Assembly (NCBI GenBank): GCA_030141605.1
Contig: JAQGDQ010000004.1
Coordinates: 1,054,001 to 1,118,000, forward strand
Direction of reading: 5' to 3'
From: Tubiluchus corallicola
Taxonomy: Eukaryota > Animalia > Priapulida
Length of the DNA stretch: 64,000 nucleotides
Shown: positions 47,101 to 59,800 of the stretch, one piece after another
How the letters are laid out: each line of letters begins with the position of its first letter
How positions within the stretch are numbered: position 1 is the stretch's first letter
Notes under the pieces: generated by a model
What the model was told of the DNA's origin: nothing
Database searches by the model: none
What the model saw: the letters and a program-made list of their open reading frames with translations, nothing else
Translations under genes and position numbers: made by a program

Positions 47101-50100
47101 TTATTAGTGTTATTTTACCTATGCCTTATTCTTAGTCACTATGTTGTATGTATAATTGTACTTGAACTCCACGTGGTTTATTTTGTTCCTAGAGCATTAC
47201 TTTGTTTTATAACGTGTCATTTTTGTATGTCAATACAGGTTCTGAAATAGCACTGCAGACTTAATATATTTTAGTTTGTTGATTCTGGCTTTGCTGTCTT
47301 AAATCTAGTTTGATTGTATAACTGTTAATAAAAGTGAAAATAGAGTGAAACTAATTTTGAATCATTTTTGACCCAGCGACTTCGTGAACTACGAGAAAGA
47401 GTCTAAGCACTTGGCATACGAAATGTTCAATTGTACATTGTTGTTACTTCCACCTACGCTGCAACTAATAACTATACTAGTTATGCACTAATATAATAAT
47501 AATCAGGTGATAGACACATCTGAGAGAGACATGGCACTGAAAGATTTGGAGAATGAGCGAATAAAATGCCGGAAATTGGAACTAGATTTGAACACAACTC
47601 GCATGACTCATCAAATGGTAGTCGAGGAAAACAACAGTTTGCGAGATAAGCTTGTGAGAGTACAATCAGAGCTAGATTATTTGAAGTATGTCTGCTGTAT
47701 AATTATATATAACTGGTCATGAACAGAATTGGTTAAAATGGTTGAATTAATAGCATTTATCGCTTTGCTGCCTGATTGCTGAGAATGAAAACCTAACCAA
47801 AAACTCTCCTTGCAGTTGCAATTTCGATTTGATTTCTTTGTGATCTGCTTCTCTCGTTAATGCATAAATTTACATTGTCATAAAAATATAAAAACTGCTT
47901 TTGCTTATTACAATTTTTGGCCACCTATCAACGTTTGAAAGGTCTCTTGTTTTTATGGAACACAAAGCGTAAGTCAAATGAGGGCCATGTGCTGTAATTC
48001 TTTTCTGCTTCTTATACAGTTCTATAAATCAGTCTGTAAATCTTCTTTTGGAAATAATATGTCCACAGTAATCGAAACATTACTTATACATTTATATGTA
48101 TATATTGTTTTAACTTTTTTAAATACTGTAAGCAGAAATGCAAACTAACTGTAACAGAACTGCATTCGCTTTTTTGTTTTAATTAATAAATTAAATTCTT
48201 TAGATACATGCAGTTTAATAATATACTTATAATTTATCAGAAAATACAATAACAAGGCAGTATTAAATGGTATGTAAGTAATTAACACAAAATGATTTTT
48301 ATGAATTTAGCACTTCTATTTGTAGTAAAATCATAATTCTCAGCTTACAAAATTGTCACGTGTCAATATTGCCTGCATCACAAAAACTTCGGTTTTTTTT
48401 CCGATTTCTATTACGTGAATATTTCAAGTGTTGCTGCAATATTTTTCAGACAACATGGTTTTACTCAATCTCAGCAACAGCAAGCAGACCATTTGGCAAG
48501 TAGTCAAAAAGGCCAGTATGCCTTGTCTAATACTGCAAAGTTAAAACAAGAAAAGTGCATTCAAATTTGTGATGGCGGATGTCGAGTCTTGGCTTATGGA
48601 AGTCAGTATGGCATGCTCGTGGTATCTCAGCTTTCTAGTTCTGCTTTGTTTCCTGGGTGTGGCATTAAAAAGGTTAGTTAAGGAATTTTAAGCTTTTCTC
48701 TAACATTGTAAGTTTCGTCATTTAAGAGAAATTGAAATAGAAAATTTCAAACATGATTTTGGAAGACGCAAATATATTGATACTCGAAACGCGCAAAAAG
48801 AATGTCCAATTGTTGCCTTTTGCCATTAAACCAATAAAGATTATGAAACCTGTTTTGATAAGGATATTAATAAACTTCTAATATTTATGGCACAAGATAA
48901 CCCTTTACTCACATAAAGATAAAAAAATTGTCTTGAAATTTTGGGTTACCTACATACTGCCTTATTGTACACACAGCTTGTATTAGCAGCAATGCTATAT
49001 AAAGTTTGAAAATTTAAATTTCCATGAGCTGCAGCAACTTTGATGATAAATCATTTGAAACAAGTTTAGATAACATTACGTGAAGTCTGAAAAAATAGTT
49101 AGAGCATTCATAGCACGCACTTCACTAACTAAGCAAAAGTATAAATTACTGTATCTTGTCAAGAAGTTTAAAATACATTTTTAGTGACTTAGTGGTGCAC
49201 TGCAAAAATGAATCAGTCAGATTTTACCAGTTGCCACAGACATTTTAAATTACTAAGAATTTTCCTTTTTAGTTACGTAAGTCTTTCAAGCAAGTAAGCG
49301 TATTCCTAAATAATATAATTTTATGTGGAAAATTTTTGGGTATATACTTTAAAATTGCTTTTTCTTTCCCTCTAATTTTGTAATAATTCAATCATGCCAA
49401 AGTTATATTGACATTTCACTTTCAGATTAATGTAATGGATGGTTTCAAGCCTATAGAGTACGTGTCAATACACAGTAAGCCTCTCCGCGATGTGTCTTTC
49501 AACAAGAGTTTTGACAATTTGCTTCTTAGTGCTAGCATGGATAAAACGTTGAAGCTCACTTGTCTAAATAGCAACACAGTTGTACAGAGGTAAGATTTTC
49601 TTTATTTTAAGTTTCTAAAGAAGTCTGTACTTTGCTGCCCTCTCCTCTACTCTATTCTTCTTAATTTTAGCACTCTAATTTCCTCTGTTCTGCAGTGCTA
49701 ACAGTGCTTTGTTGGCTAACACAATTCAAACTAATTAAACACATGAACAAGTTACCTAGCCATGAAATTTAGTTCTGTATGGTCATACTTTCATTGTTAT
49801 TACAGCTATCTAAATAAGTTTGATTGCATAATCAGTACAGCCTAATAATTGTTGCTATTCTTCCAGTTTCACAACTGCAGTTCCTGCATGGAGCTGTTGT
49901 TGGAACATGGAAAATCCTGTGCACTTCTTCGCTGGGCTACAGAACGGGAACATGTTGATGTATGATACTCGAGTAACAACAACACACTTTCAAGAGCTTC
50001 CACAGACTATCAGCAGATCACCTGTTATTTCTGTGGAATATGTATCACGAAATCCACAAGCAAAATTCAGGTGCTATTTTTTTATGCAGTTTGGCATTGT

Positions 50101-53100
50101 GCAAAGCTGGATCTAGCGCTCAATGAAAGCCTATTTAACTGGCTGAACTGAAAACTGGCCATCATCAAAATAATTGTCACAGATAGGACACTGAACCGGT
50201 AGAAGTGTATTAGCCATGTTCTGATCCACTTCCTTACATCTTTACACTTACATTTTCCTCACGGTAAGAAAGAGCAGTATGACAGCTGATACCATCCAGC
50301 ATTTTTTCTGATACTCATCCATTTATTAAATTTACAGCAAACAACACATAACAACCATTCAGCTACTTCTTTCCCTTCAAACAGATGCCAATATGTGTGT
50401 TAGAGATACGTTGGTTGCCAATATTATTTTTATTAAATGATAAATAAAAGTTATTTTTCAAACAGAAATAAAAAAATGTTTGCCTCAAATAACAAAGTTT
50501 CTGGTTACATTGTGCGAAACTTCTTTTGCCTCTCCTGTAATCATTCAGTGCATCAGTATTTTATGTTTGACACAATCAGTACTCAAAATTGTTCCTGATT
50601 ACTTCCCAAATAATTATAAACATTACGTGGTTTTCTGAATGGTATTCTGGGCAAGTGTACCATTGGTATTGATGTGAAAATATTTAAAAATGTGAAATAA
50701 AGAATTAAATTTGACGCAGGAGGTACTGTACTAACATCGATTTGCAAAATCGAATTCTTTAGATTCTCTGACAATAGTGCTACCAACTGAATTTCATTCT
50801 TAAGATCATGTTTTTTAGTGAAACAGGCATTAAAGGTTATTTGTGCATGACTTAAAATATTACTTGGGTTGCATGTAACAGACTAACAGATTTTTTAGTA
50901 GTAAAGATGGAAACTTTACAAAAATAAAGTAGCCTAGCCTAACTGTATCTGTTAAAGCTATGTGATGTGCTCACAAGGGTGCACCTTACAATTGTGACAA
51001 AAAACATCTTAGTATTTCTGTTTTTCTGGCCACATGTAGTCATGGTGACACGCAATAACTTTTCTATTTTTTTCAATTTGTGACTGCAGTTTGTGTGGCT
51101 TACTAGCTGGACAACTTGAAAAGTGCAGTTTCTATGAAGAAAAGAGGCAGACGGACTACACACTGAAACCTCTTCCACTGGAGGGTAAGGTTCAGCAACC
51201 AAAAGTGTTTTTAGCACATTATTTCACTATTGAAAATTTATTTTGATGTTGCCAAGATTTCATAGTTTTGTACATCTAGAAACTGTCAGTATTTATTGAA
51301 ACAACTATAGCTGTAACAGGCTGTTCATAAAGGTCTAAAATTTTAAGTTACTGCCAAAAGTCTACATTATAAACTTATACGTATTACTTTTGATGCAAAG
51401 GTGTAGCTGTGGTGCCTTGCAAGTTTTCTTGTCAATTAAACTTGAGTTTTTCTGAAATTTTAACGTTAGAACGTGATAAAAATGTGCAAAAGTTGAACTA
51501 ATTGTATGTGACTTGATTCACAAACAGGTATTTGTTAATTTGCACTTGTGAAATTAGAACTTAGATCTTACAGAAGGAACAAGGCTTGGACAGGTGTGTT
51601 TGGATACCATGCTACTCTGATAATGTATTCTATAACCAATTGCTATATTGTAGGTTTATTGACTAGTCTGAGTTTTGAAGAGTCAACTCGCCATTTGCTG
51701 GCATCATTCCGTCCGTCTAGCAAATATGCAAATGTGAGACACGTGGTAAGCAACGAGATAAGTTTGTACAGTACTGCAAATCAGTGTAAGAGACCTAAAG
51801 TGTAGACACAGTACAAAACATATGTAACATGAAGTAAAAATTTATTTTACAGATCACAAATGCTCTTAATATATTTCAAAAAGAACTTGTGAAATAATTA
51901 TACAGTGCTGTCCAGTACTAATCGTAATACCTACCAACTTATTCCTTGTAAATGTACACTGATACTTTTTCAGTTTATGCATTATGCGTATTTGTTTGAT
52001 TGCCATATCATTCTTGAATATCATTAGTACTTGCTAATAGGGCAACAACTTTATATTGGATGAAAAATGTTCTTACTTGCTCCTTTGCTTGAACTGCTTT
52101 GTTTTTGTTTTCCTGGGTAATTCAGGTAGCAGAGCTGTGCAGCAACAATGTCAGCAATGATCCGATGGTGGTCGACAATTTTGTTTCCTGTAATCCAGTC
52201 CAAACGTTTCTTGGTGGTAATTCACAGAAACTACTTGCGAAATCTCATCTTGGATTTGCTCCACAGAATGACTCACTGTTGGTTTTTGCGGGAGATGAGA
52301 CTGCTCATTCTGTAAGTATTTAAAGCAGGTGTAGGCAACTGGCAGCCCATGGGCCAAATTCAGACCGCAAAGCATTTTCAGCTGCCAGTTTGAAGCCCTA
52401 TAGCAGGCTACATTCAAGCTGAGTTAATGGATCAGCATGCAGTTTAACGCAGTGTATTTTTTCTACAAGTTGCTTATAGCTGCAACAGATTACATCATTC
52501 AATAATATTGCTTTTATGGAAACTTGTTAGTAAGTAGGACTGCTGTAGGACTTGTAACCCAGTACACCTATGCCAGACATCTCATGAGTTTTAGTTGTAG
52601 AGACGTTACTGCTATGCAGTTACATTAGGTTTGACTACATATTTTATACTCCAGTAATTAGTGGTATTGTATAAGAAAAATGTATCTTCTTCCATTGAAA
52701 TATATGATTATTAGATTTCTTAAAAGAAAACTGCACCCAAAGTTAAACCATAACCAAAATGATCTAATGTTTAATATACTGAAAGGTAAAATATTATTTT
52801 TTCAAGTATGACTCATGTAAAGGAATTATTACCACAGAAGTTAAACGTTATGTTCACGCCATTAGCTTCTTGCTCTTACGTGCATCTTGCCATTCGCTAG
52901 TTAGGACACAGTTCCTGCATTTTGGCAATGCTTTACACAAAAATCAGGAGCTGTATCACTCAGTTCAGTTCTGACCTAGAACACATTTATGAAATCGCAT
53001 GTTGGTGCAGTAGTGAGCTTAGATAATTAATGTAGGCTGATTTATTTTGAGCACTGACCTTACACTGTTACTTTTATGCAAATGTCTTTCAAAGTTAAGC

Positions 53101-53399
53101 TTGTAGGATTTTACCACATTGCTTGCATTATAATTTGTCTGCATGCTGAAAATTGTAATGTCTGGATCCAAACTTTTAGGATTGACAAACATTGGATTTT
53201 GAAATAAGCTAAAAATTTCATTTTGATTAGCTGTGAATTTATGTTGCAGGCCCAGGTTTGGGACACATCCACTGGTCGCAGTTTTTGCAGTCTTCCCAGC
53301 TCATATCCTGTGGTAGATGTTTGTACAATAAATACAGACATTGCATCATATGTTACTGTACTCACCGAAAAAAAACTTACTGTGTATAAATGGCAGTAA
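44119..53399 (+). CDS. RFWD3: E3 ubiquitin-protein ligase RFWD3 (RING + coiled coil + WD40), about 662-673 aa
   Basis: Exons 44107(ATG 44119)-44409, 46321-46536, 46814-46899, 46995-47097, 47507-47685, [48241-48273], 48450-48672, 49426-49589, 49867-50070, 51090-51184, 51654-51745, 52126-52311 and 53250-53399; all GT-AG with consistent phases. [43 protein letters not shown]; IDTSE; WD40 [13 protein letters not shown] and [13 protein letters not shown]; C-terminus [12 protein letters not shown]. An upstream exon is implied by the acceptor, so the true start is uncertain. Confidence 0.95.
48241..48273 (+). CDS. RFWD3: Candidate 33-nt in-frame microexon of RFWD3
   Basis: Acceptor TTTATCAG| and donor AT|GTAAGT; phase 2-2 with no stop; encodes (K)[10 protein letters not shown](I). 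Confidence 0.55.
52326..52400 (+). mobile_element. hAT-Charlie-like left-end fragment
   Basis: CAGGTGTAGGCAACTGGCAGCCCATGGGCCAAATTCAGACCGC resembles Charlie/MER termini; no right end found. Confidence 0.45.
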
Positions 53400-53599
53400 A
53401 ACAGTTTACTTTAAATTAATTATGTATACAAAGTGCTAGCAATGTTTGATTAACCCTCCACATAGTACTATATATGTTCTGTATAGGTATTTTCATATAT
53501 TTGTTTATTTTTTATTGTTTACTGTTAAATTCGTAGATGTGCTTGTAATCGTGCATGTGAACATTGTTTGGTACTTTCACACAAATACATTCTAATTTA

Positions 53600-53781
53600 C
53601 AGTCAAACCTCATTATAATAATCCTCTTTATACGCCTCATTTAACGCCTAAACTTTTGGCAAAACGAAATGTCTGTATTTGCGTAGATATTTACGTATTA
53701 ATGCAATTCATTACAATGCCAAACTCGCTTAATGCCATCTTTTTGCTGTACGAAAGTAGGCGGTATAAAGAGGTTCGACTG
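53600..53781. mobile_element. 182-bp Tigger-type MITE just downstream of the RFWD3 stop
   Basis: TIRs CAGTCAAACCTCATTATA and (rc) CAGTCGAACCTCTTTATA (16/18); TA on the left, AA on the right. Confidence 0.7.
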
Positions 53782-56057
53782 AAAATATTATTGCTCTGAT
53801 AATTTTCGAATACATTATCATGTCGAAAAGTATACATAGCTTTTATTTTGAAATCAGTAAATAAGCAAAATAAAAATACCATTTACAGGATTAGCTAATC
53901 TGTTTCATTTGTTGTATTATCCTGTTTTCCCATAATACTAGCCTATGAGTTTGTCTCATCATGTAGTTTTCAAAATCTTAGTGCATTTGTTAAATTAGTA
54001 AACTTGTTTTCACAGGAAATGCTGTAAAACACACATACTCGTTTTTTTAAATCATTTTTCAAAAAAGAAAGATAATTTGTGATTTTTTTATATTATGTTT
54101 AAATTGTCAATACATTACATACACTATGCATTAGATCTAATGATGTTAAAATAGCGTTATTCATAATAGTATTACATATATTGCATATCGAGTTTTGATT
54201 TGATTACAAAATCGATTTGGTACCTTTTTATGTACTTGGCAAAAAAAGAAAGGAAAGAAAATTGATGTTTTGTGTTGCATTTTTACCACTAAATCCTACT
54301 CAGAAGTTGCAGTGGCTATTTATTCTATGTACAAAACTATATCAAACTCAAGCCAAAAATAAATTACCATAGCTTAGTATGCTTTTATTTTCCTGTAAGT
54401 ACTGTACTACTTTGCTCAACTTTGGCATATTAGCATTTACATATACATAATTTTGTAGGTGACACCATGATTGAAAAGCTACAAAATAGCACCTTAATCT
54501 GATGTCGATCCCTGTTAAGAGCACCTATTAATCAATCACAGGCAAGGTAATACTGTATTAGCACATTTATTTAAAAAAAGACCATGATAAAATTATACGC
54601 TAGCATTCTTTGGCAAAAGTTATTATGAACTGGAATGGCAGACAATACATGTATCTAAAATATATATCTCTTTTTTCAAAGGTACCCGTTATATCATTCA
54701 AAATATGCAATAATCATATATTAAGACGTGTTCGCATATCATTAAAATGTACATATGAAGTCATTATATAAATCAACAACTAAACAATTCTTAACAATGA
54801 CTACTAGAAATAGTTAACATCCACTTAACCATTAATTACACTATCTGTGTACAAGGAGACAAAAAAATTTAATAAGCACGCTTCAAAATTTTCACTGTGC
54901 TAAAAAAGAAAACCTGTCACTAACTTCAACTTTTAAGACAAACATTTAAGCAAATAAAATCACAAAAATTATCTAAAAGATCTGAATATTATTAAAGCAA
55001 AATCTGTAAGGAACTGTCAAATAATTACACTATAACTAATAGTTTATCACGTAAATACTGTAAGACTATATTTTCATTGATGTTTCGAAGCATCAGTCTC
55101 CATATTCATAATACATGCACCACCACTAAATTTTTGTGAAGCAATATTTTTGCAATGCACTATTCCACTCAAATTATGCAGGTTCAACATTGATAAAAAT
55201 CGATCCTTCATTTCGTAATGATTAAATATATGAGTTGCTGTTTAGTGGGGTTGCAATGCACTAACGCACATAGCCAGGCATCATGTTAATAATATTGTCT
55301 GTATAAAAGAACCTACATTTGCCAGCACTGTTATTACTAGTGTCAGGACCTCCTCTCAAAATTTGTGAACATTTCCAGCATACATTATTATTATGTTTTA
55401 CAGTATTTCCATATAAAAACAAAACTAACATGTACAACCTGTGTACTTTCATTTACATGATACTTAACGACAATCTGTTTTACATTAAATTAACTTTCTT
55501 GTTATCTCTGTTCTTCAAGAAAGACTGTGTTCATTTAAATCATTTCAAATCTATGGAATTAATTTTACAAATATTAGTAATAACTGTAAGCATTTTAACA
55601 ATGCCCCACTTTTGCAACACTAAACATTCGCTGCCTCTCACTTAACAATAAATGTTGCATTTTAAATATTATTTCTGATCTTGCTTAGAAGCACCAAATG
55701 CTTTAATAAAATTTTAAACTTGAAAAATGCAACTGCATTACATTGACAACTAATTTCAAAGAGTTTGCCCCGTGGAAGACAAAATTTGTTTGAGGCAGCG
55801 GTCAACCCAAAAAAGCAGTGAAAAGGGTTTGAAGTGAAAGTAAATATCACTAAAAATGATTACTATCATGTTTAACGAAAATGACGTATACACTATATAT
55901 GCACCTAGCTGTAATGATTTTTTTAAAAAGAAGTCTTTAGTAACAAATTTTAATTTTCTTTGAAAGTGTGGCTTCGTTTCCAGACAATTCACTTAACATC
56001 ACATTTTGTTGGAATACACTATGTTGTTAAACAAGAATTTACTGTGATTAAAATATT

Positions 56058-56455
56058 ATGTGCTGTTGCTGCTGCATACTCACACAAGCATAGAAGTAAA
56101 AGACACATCAACATTTTAAATGTCATGTGCTGTTACTGCTGTATACTCACACAAGCATAGAAGTAAAAGATACAGCAACATTTTAAATGTCATGTGCTGT
56201 TACTGCTGTATACTCACACAAGCATAGAAGTAAAAGATACAGCAACATTTTAAATGTCATGTGCTGTTACTGCTGTATACTCACACAAGCATAGAAGTAA
56301 AAGACACACCAACATTTTAAATGTCATGTGCTGTTACTGCTGTATACTCACACAAGCATAGAAGTAAAAGATACAGCAACATTTTAAATGTCATGTGCTG
56401 TTACTGCTGTATACTCACACAAGCATAGAAGTAAAAGGTACAGCAAAATTTAAAG
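56058..56455. repeat. Minisatellite, 67-bp unit, about 6 copies
   Basis: Unit CATGTGCTGTTACTGCTGTATACTCACACAAGCATAGAAGTAAAAGATACAGCAACATTTTAAATGT starts at 56124, 56191, 56258, 56325 and 56392, with a diverged first copy; no spacers. Confidence 0.97.
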
Positions 56456-56831
56456 TCCATTTATACTACGACTGTCCTTTTAAATGCCTACTAACATTAG
56501 AAATACAAGTTTACAACCGCTATAAAAATGTAAAATAGTACAATTATTATGTATTTTATTAACTTCTGTAAATTAGAGGCAAATACACTGCATATGTTGG
56601 TAGCAACATCTCCACTAAAAAACACTGATATCACAACACAACAAACTATTAACATCTGTCGAAGGTTCAAATACATATACAAGGAATATAATCAAGGATA
56701 TTATTCAAGTTATAAAAGTGAACTAGGCAACTAACTACACATGGTAATTAATAGAGAAACACCTATAGAGCTTATAGTGCAAAAATCCAAAGTTTTTCTG
56801 TGTGGTCCCACTTAGACTAGTACCAAATCAC

Positions 56832-59800
56832 TTATTGCTTCTTTTTGGCTATTGGCTGGACCATGACACTACTCATTCCTAAGGTAAGGAAAACAAGCAC
56901 AGCAAGACCAATATTCAAAACCTCCATCACAAGGAATGCTCCAGACCAATTATAGTACTTAGCTACGTAGGTCAGAGGAAGACCAGCACACATTGCACCA
57001 ACTAAAATACACCAAAAATGTATCACTTTCAGACAAGTATTACACCACCAGTCTTAATTTTAATAATGATATGACATATTTTTTGAAAAAGAAAGGGCAC
57101 ATCATGATTTGCCAGCTAATTAACTAGCTATTGACAATTAAGTTGCAGTTTTCAATGGTTATTTGCGCTTCATTAATTTTTACCAACAATTATCATTAGT
57201 AAAAAAAGTACACTGTTTAGCATAATTACTGTAGTTGTTTCAATACAACCAATATTTAGGTATTTACGAAGTAATAAACAATAATAAATACATGTAGTTT
57301 TTACATACCATTCTCACTTTAGTGCACAAATTTTTGTTTAATTCTAATGCTTTTTTGTAAACAATAAATTATTATATTCATTTAAAAATAAAAATTGCTT
57401 ACCGTTAGCTGCTAAAGCAACAACAGCATGTGAGGTACCACTTAGATGTACTGGTGCACTCTCCGTAGCTACTACGCCAAATATACAAATAGCACCATAT
57501 AGGCAAAGGCCAAGACAGAAAGCAGCAACCGTTATTGCCACCTAAAAGAAATATAGTTTAATATTCATCACTTAAACAGAGTAATATGCATATTATCTAT
57601 TACCATTTGACAAGCTCATCAACAAAATGAAAAAGTCATCCTAAGTTTGAGTGTTAGTTTTCTAAATTCACTGGAAATCTCTGAATTTTATTATTTTTAT
57701 TGTTCTTTTGACTCATGACTACAATAAAACTGATATGTAATCATTAAACCAGGTTTATACAGTTTATAAAGTATTAACACAAGAATAACAAAACTATCAA
57801 AAAATACAGAAATAAAATTTTTAACTTGACATACCAGGTAGTCTTTTTTCAGAAGCAGTAACAAGAACTTAATCACAATTAGCAATTTTAAAGCATAGAC
57901 ATTTTAAATTAGCTTAAGTGATATCACGAAACATTGCAAATATTTGTGACAAACACAACCTTGTCACATCAAAACTTGCCCTAAGCAGCTCCATATTACA
58001 GTTAAGCGTGACTTTGATATAATCACACATTCTTGCCATAAAAACTGTATGCTATTTTGTATGGGCATGAATGGATACAGTTGCTTTACCAATGGCTACA
58101 AAGGTGCAAATACAAATGCTATGACTCCATTCAAATGTAATTAACATTTGTAGCTTACCTCTGATGATTGTTTGTTGACAAAGAAGACCAGGAAGTGGAA
58201 TAATCCGGCAGTAACAACAACAAAGGCAAGAATACCGATCATCCTGGGATTACTTTCTGATGAGCTTCCTGACTGCTTCTAAAAATGGAAAGAACATTAT
58301 CAGGAAAAAATATTTGGTTTTAAAAGTATTCACTCCATATAGAAGTGTTTGACACTGTAAACATGACAAGCAGGATTAATTGTCAAGCTTTGCATTAGAA
58401 CAAAAGTGCATCAGATAAATGTGAACTAGCAAAGATAACTCCATCCATGAGAGCGTTTAGAAGTATTTCTTCATTGGTGCAATGTACTTCATTTACAACT
58501 ATAAATATTGCCAATATTGCAAAAATTATCCATCATTCAAACAGTCCCTAATTCCCTGTAGCCACAGTAGGTTTTGACAGTTTAGCCACACTCATACTCC
58601 ATGATGCCTTCGGAGTTTCCGGATTTTCAATAATAATATGATTTAAGCCTTGACATGGGCACAGTAAAAGGCATACAGTCATGTCAAGGCATCAGTCAGA
58701 TTATTTTAGTGAAATTACCGAAACGATAATTAATGACAAATTTGTCTGGTAAGTTACAAGAGGAAACAGTTCTTAACTTACAGACAGTGTTATAGTTACT
58801 AATTAAGATGAAAAGAATGACTAGCAAAAGCTTAAAAATGGGTACAGATTGAAACTACATCTGTCATATGTACAATGATACATTTTATAACAATTTTAAC
58901 TACTCGTAAGCAACTAATATACCGAGACTTGCCGACTTTCACACATTAGGCATGTGTCATATGCATTTTAAGTCCTTCACATGTATCAAATTCTCACGCA
59001 TTCTGCAATTTCACATGTTTGTAAATCACCTGGCTTGCTTTGCCATCACTACCAACCAGAACACAAGTTAGTTGTACTACTCTCAATAATACAGTACTGC
59101 TCATGAGTCTCACAAAGTATATTATCCTAAAGGTACACTACAATTAATGAAAATTAAGCACTTCTGGGTGCTATTGAGCATTTTTCATGTCTATAAAAGA
59201 ACATATATATATTGTATATAAAGCAAATGAACTGCAATAACAATATAGGAAGATTTGATTAGCAGTACACAAAAATTACTTCAATTTGTTTTAAATTTTT
59301 TGCACCAATTTTTTGATAATTTGATTTTGATACCACAAAAATTTCTGGGGCATAATTTGTCCTCTCGACCCTTGCCGGGGGTGAGATGATCCCCACCCCA
59401 CACCTTGAGTGTTTGACAAACATTTTTACATCAAATGGTTGGTTGGATATGTATGCTTTACCTCTGAGCAATACAGAGCAAACTGAAAATACTTTTTATA
59501 GTAAATTTATACCATATGCCTTGCCTAATAATCAATAATTTCATTACCATTTTTCCTGAGTATGAACTTGGGTCTTAGAAAAAATTCGGTTATTCAGTCA
59601 CTCATTCAATCTGTCTGTCACACTTTTTTCAACTTTTTAACTCCAAATGAGTTGAAATTTAGTGTGATGATTGGATAGGACATCCATGGTTCAAGGCAAA
59701 AATCTGTCACAATTTGTTAATTAGCCAATTATTTAGAGCTGTTTGATTAATCAATGTTAAAGTGATTCTATTCCAAAGGTATTTATCCAAGTGAACTGAA

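Noticed and set aside
56058-56455. Regularly spaced repeats resembling a CRISPR array
   Set aside because: Units are contiguous with no unique spacers, there are no cas genes, and the context is eukaryotic.
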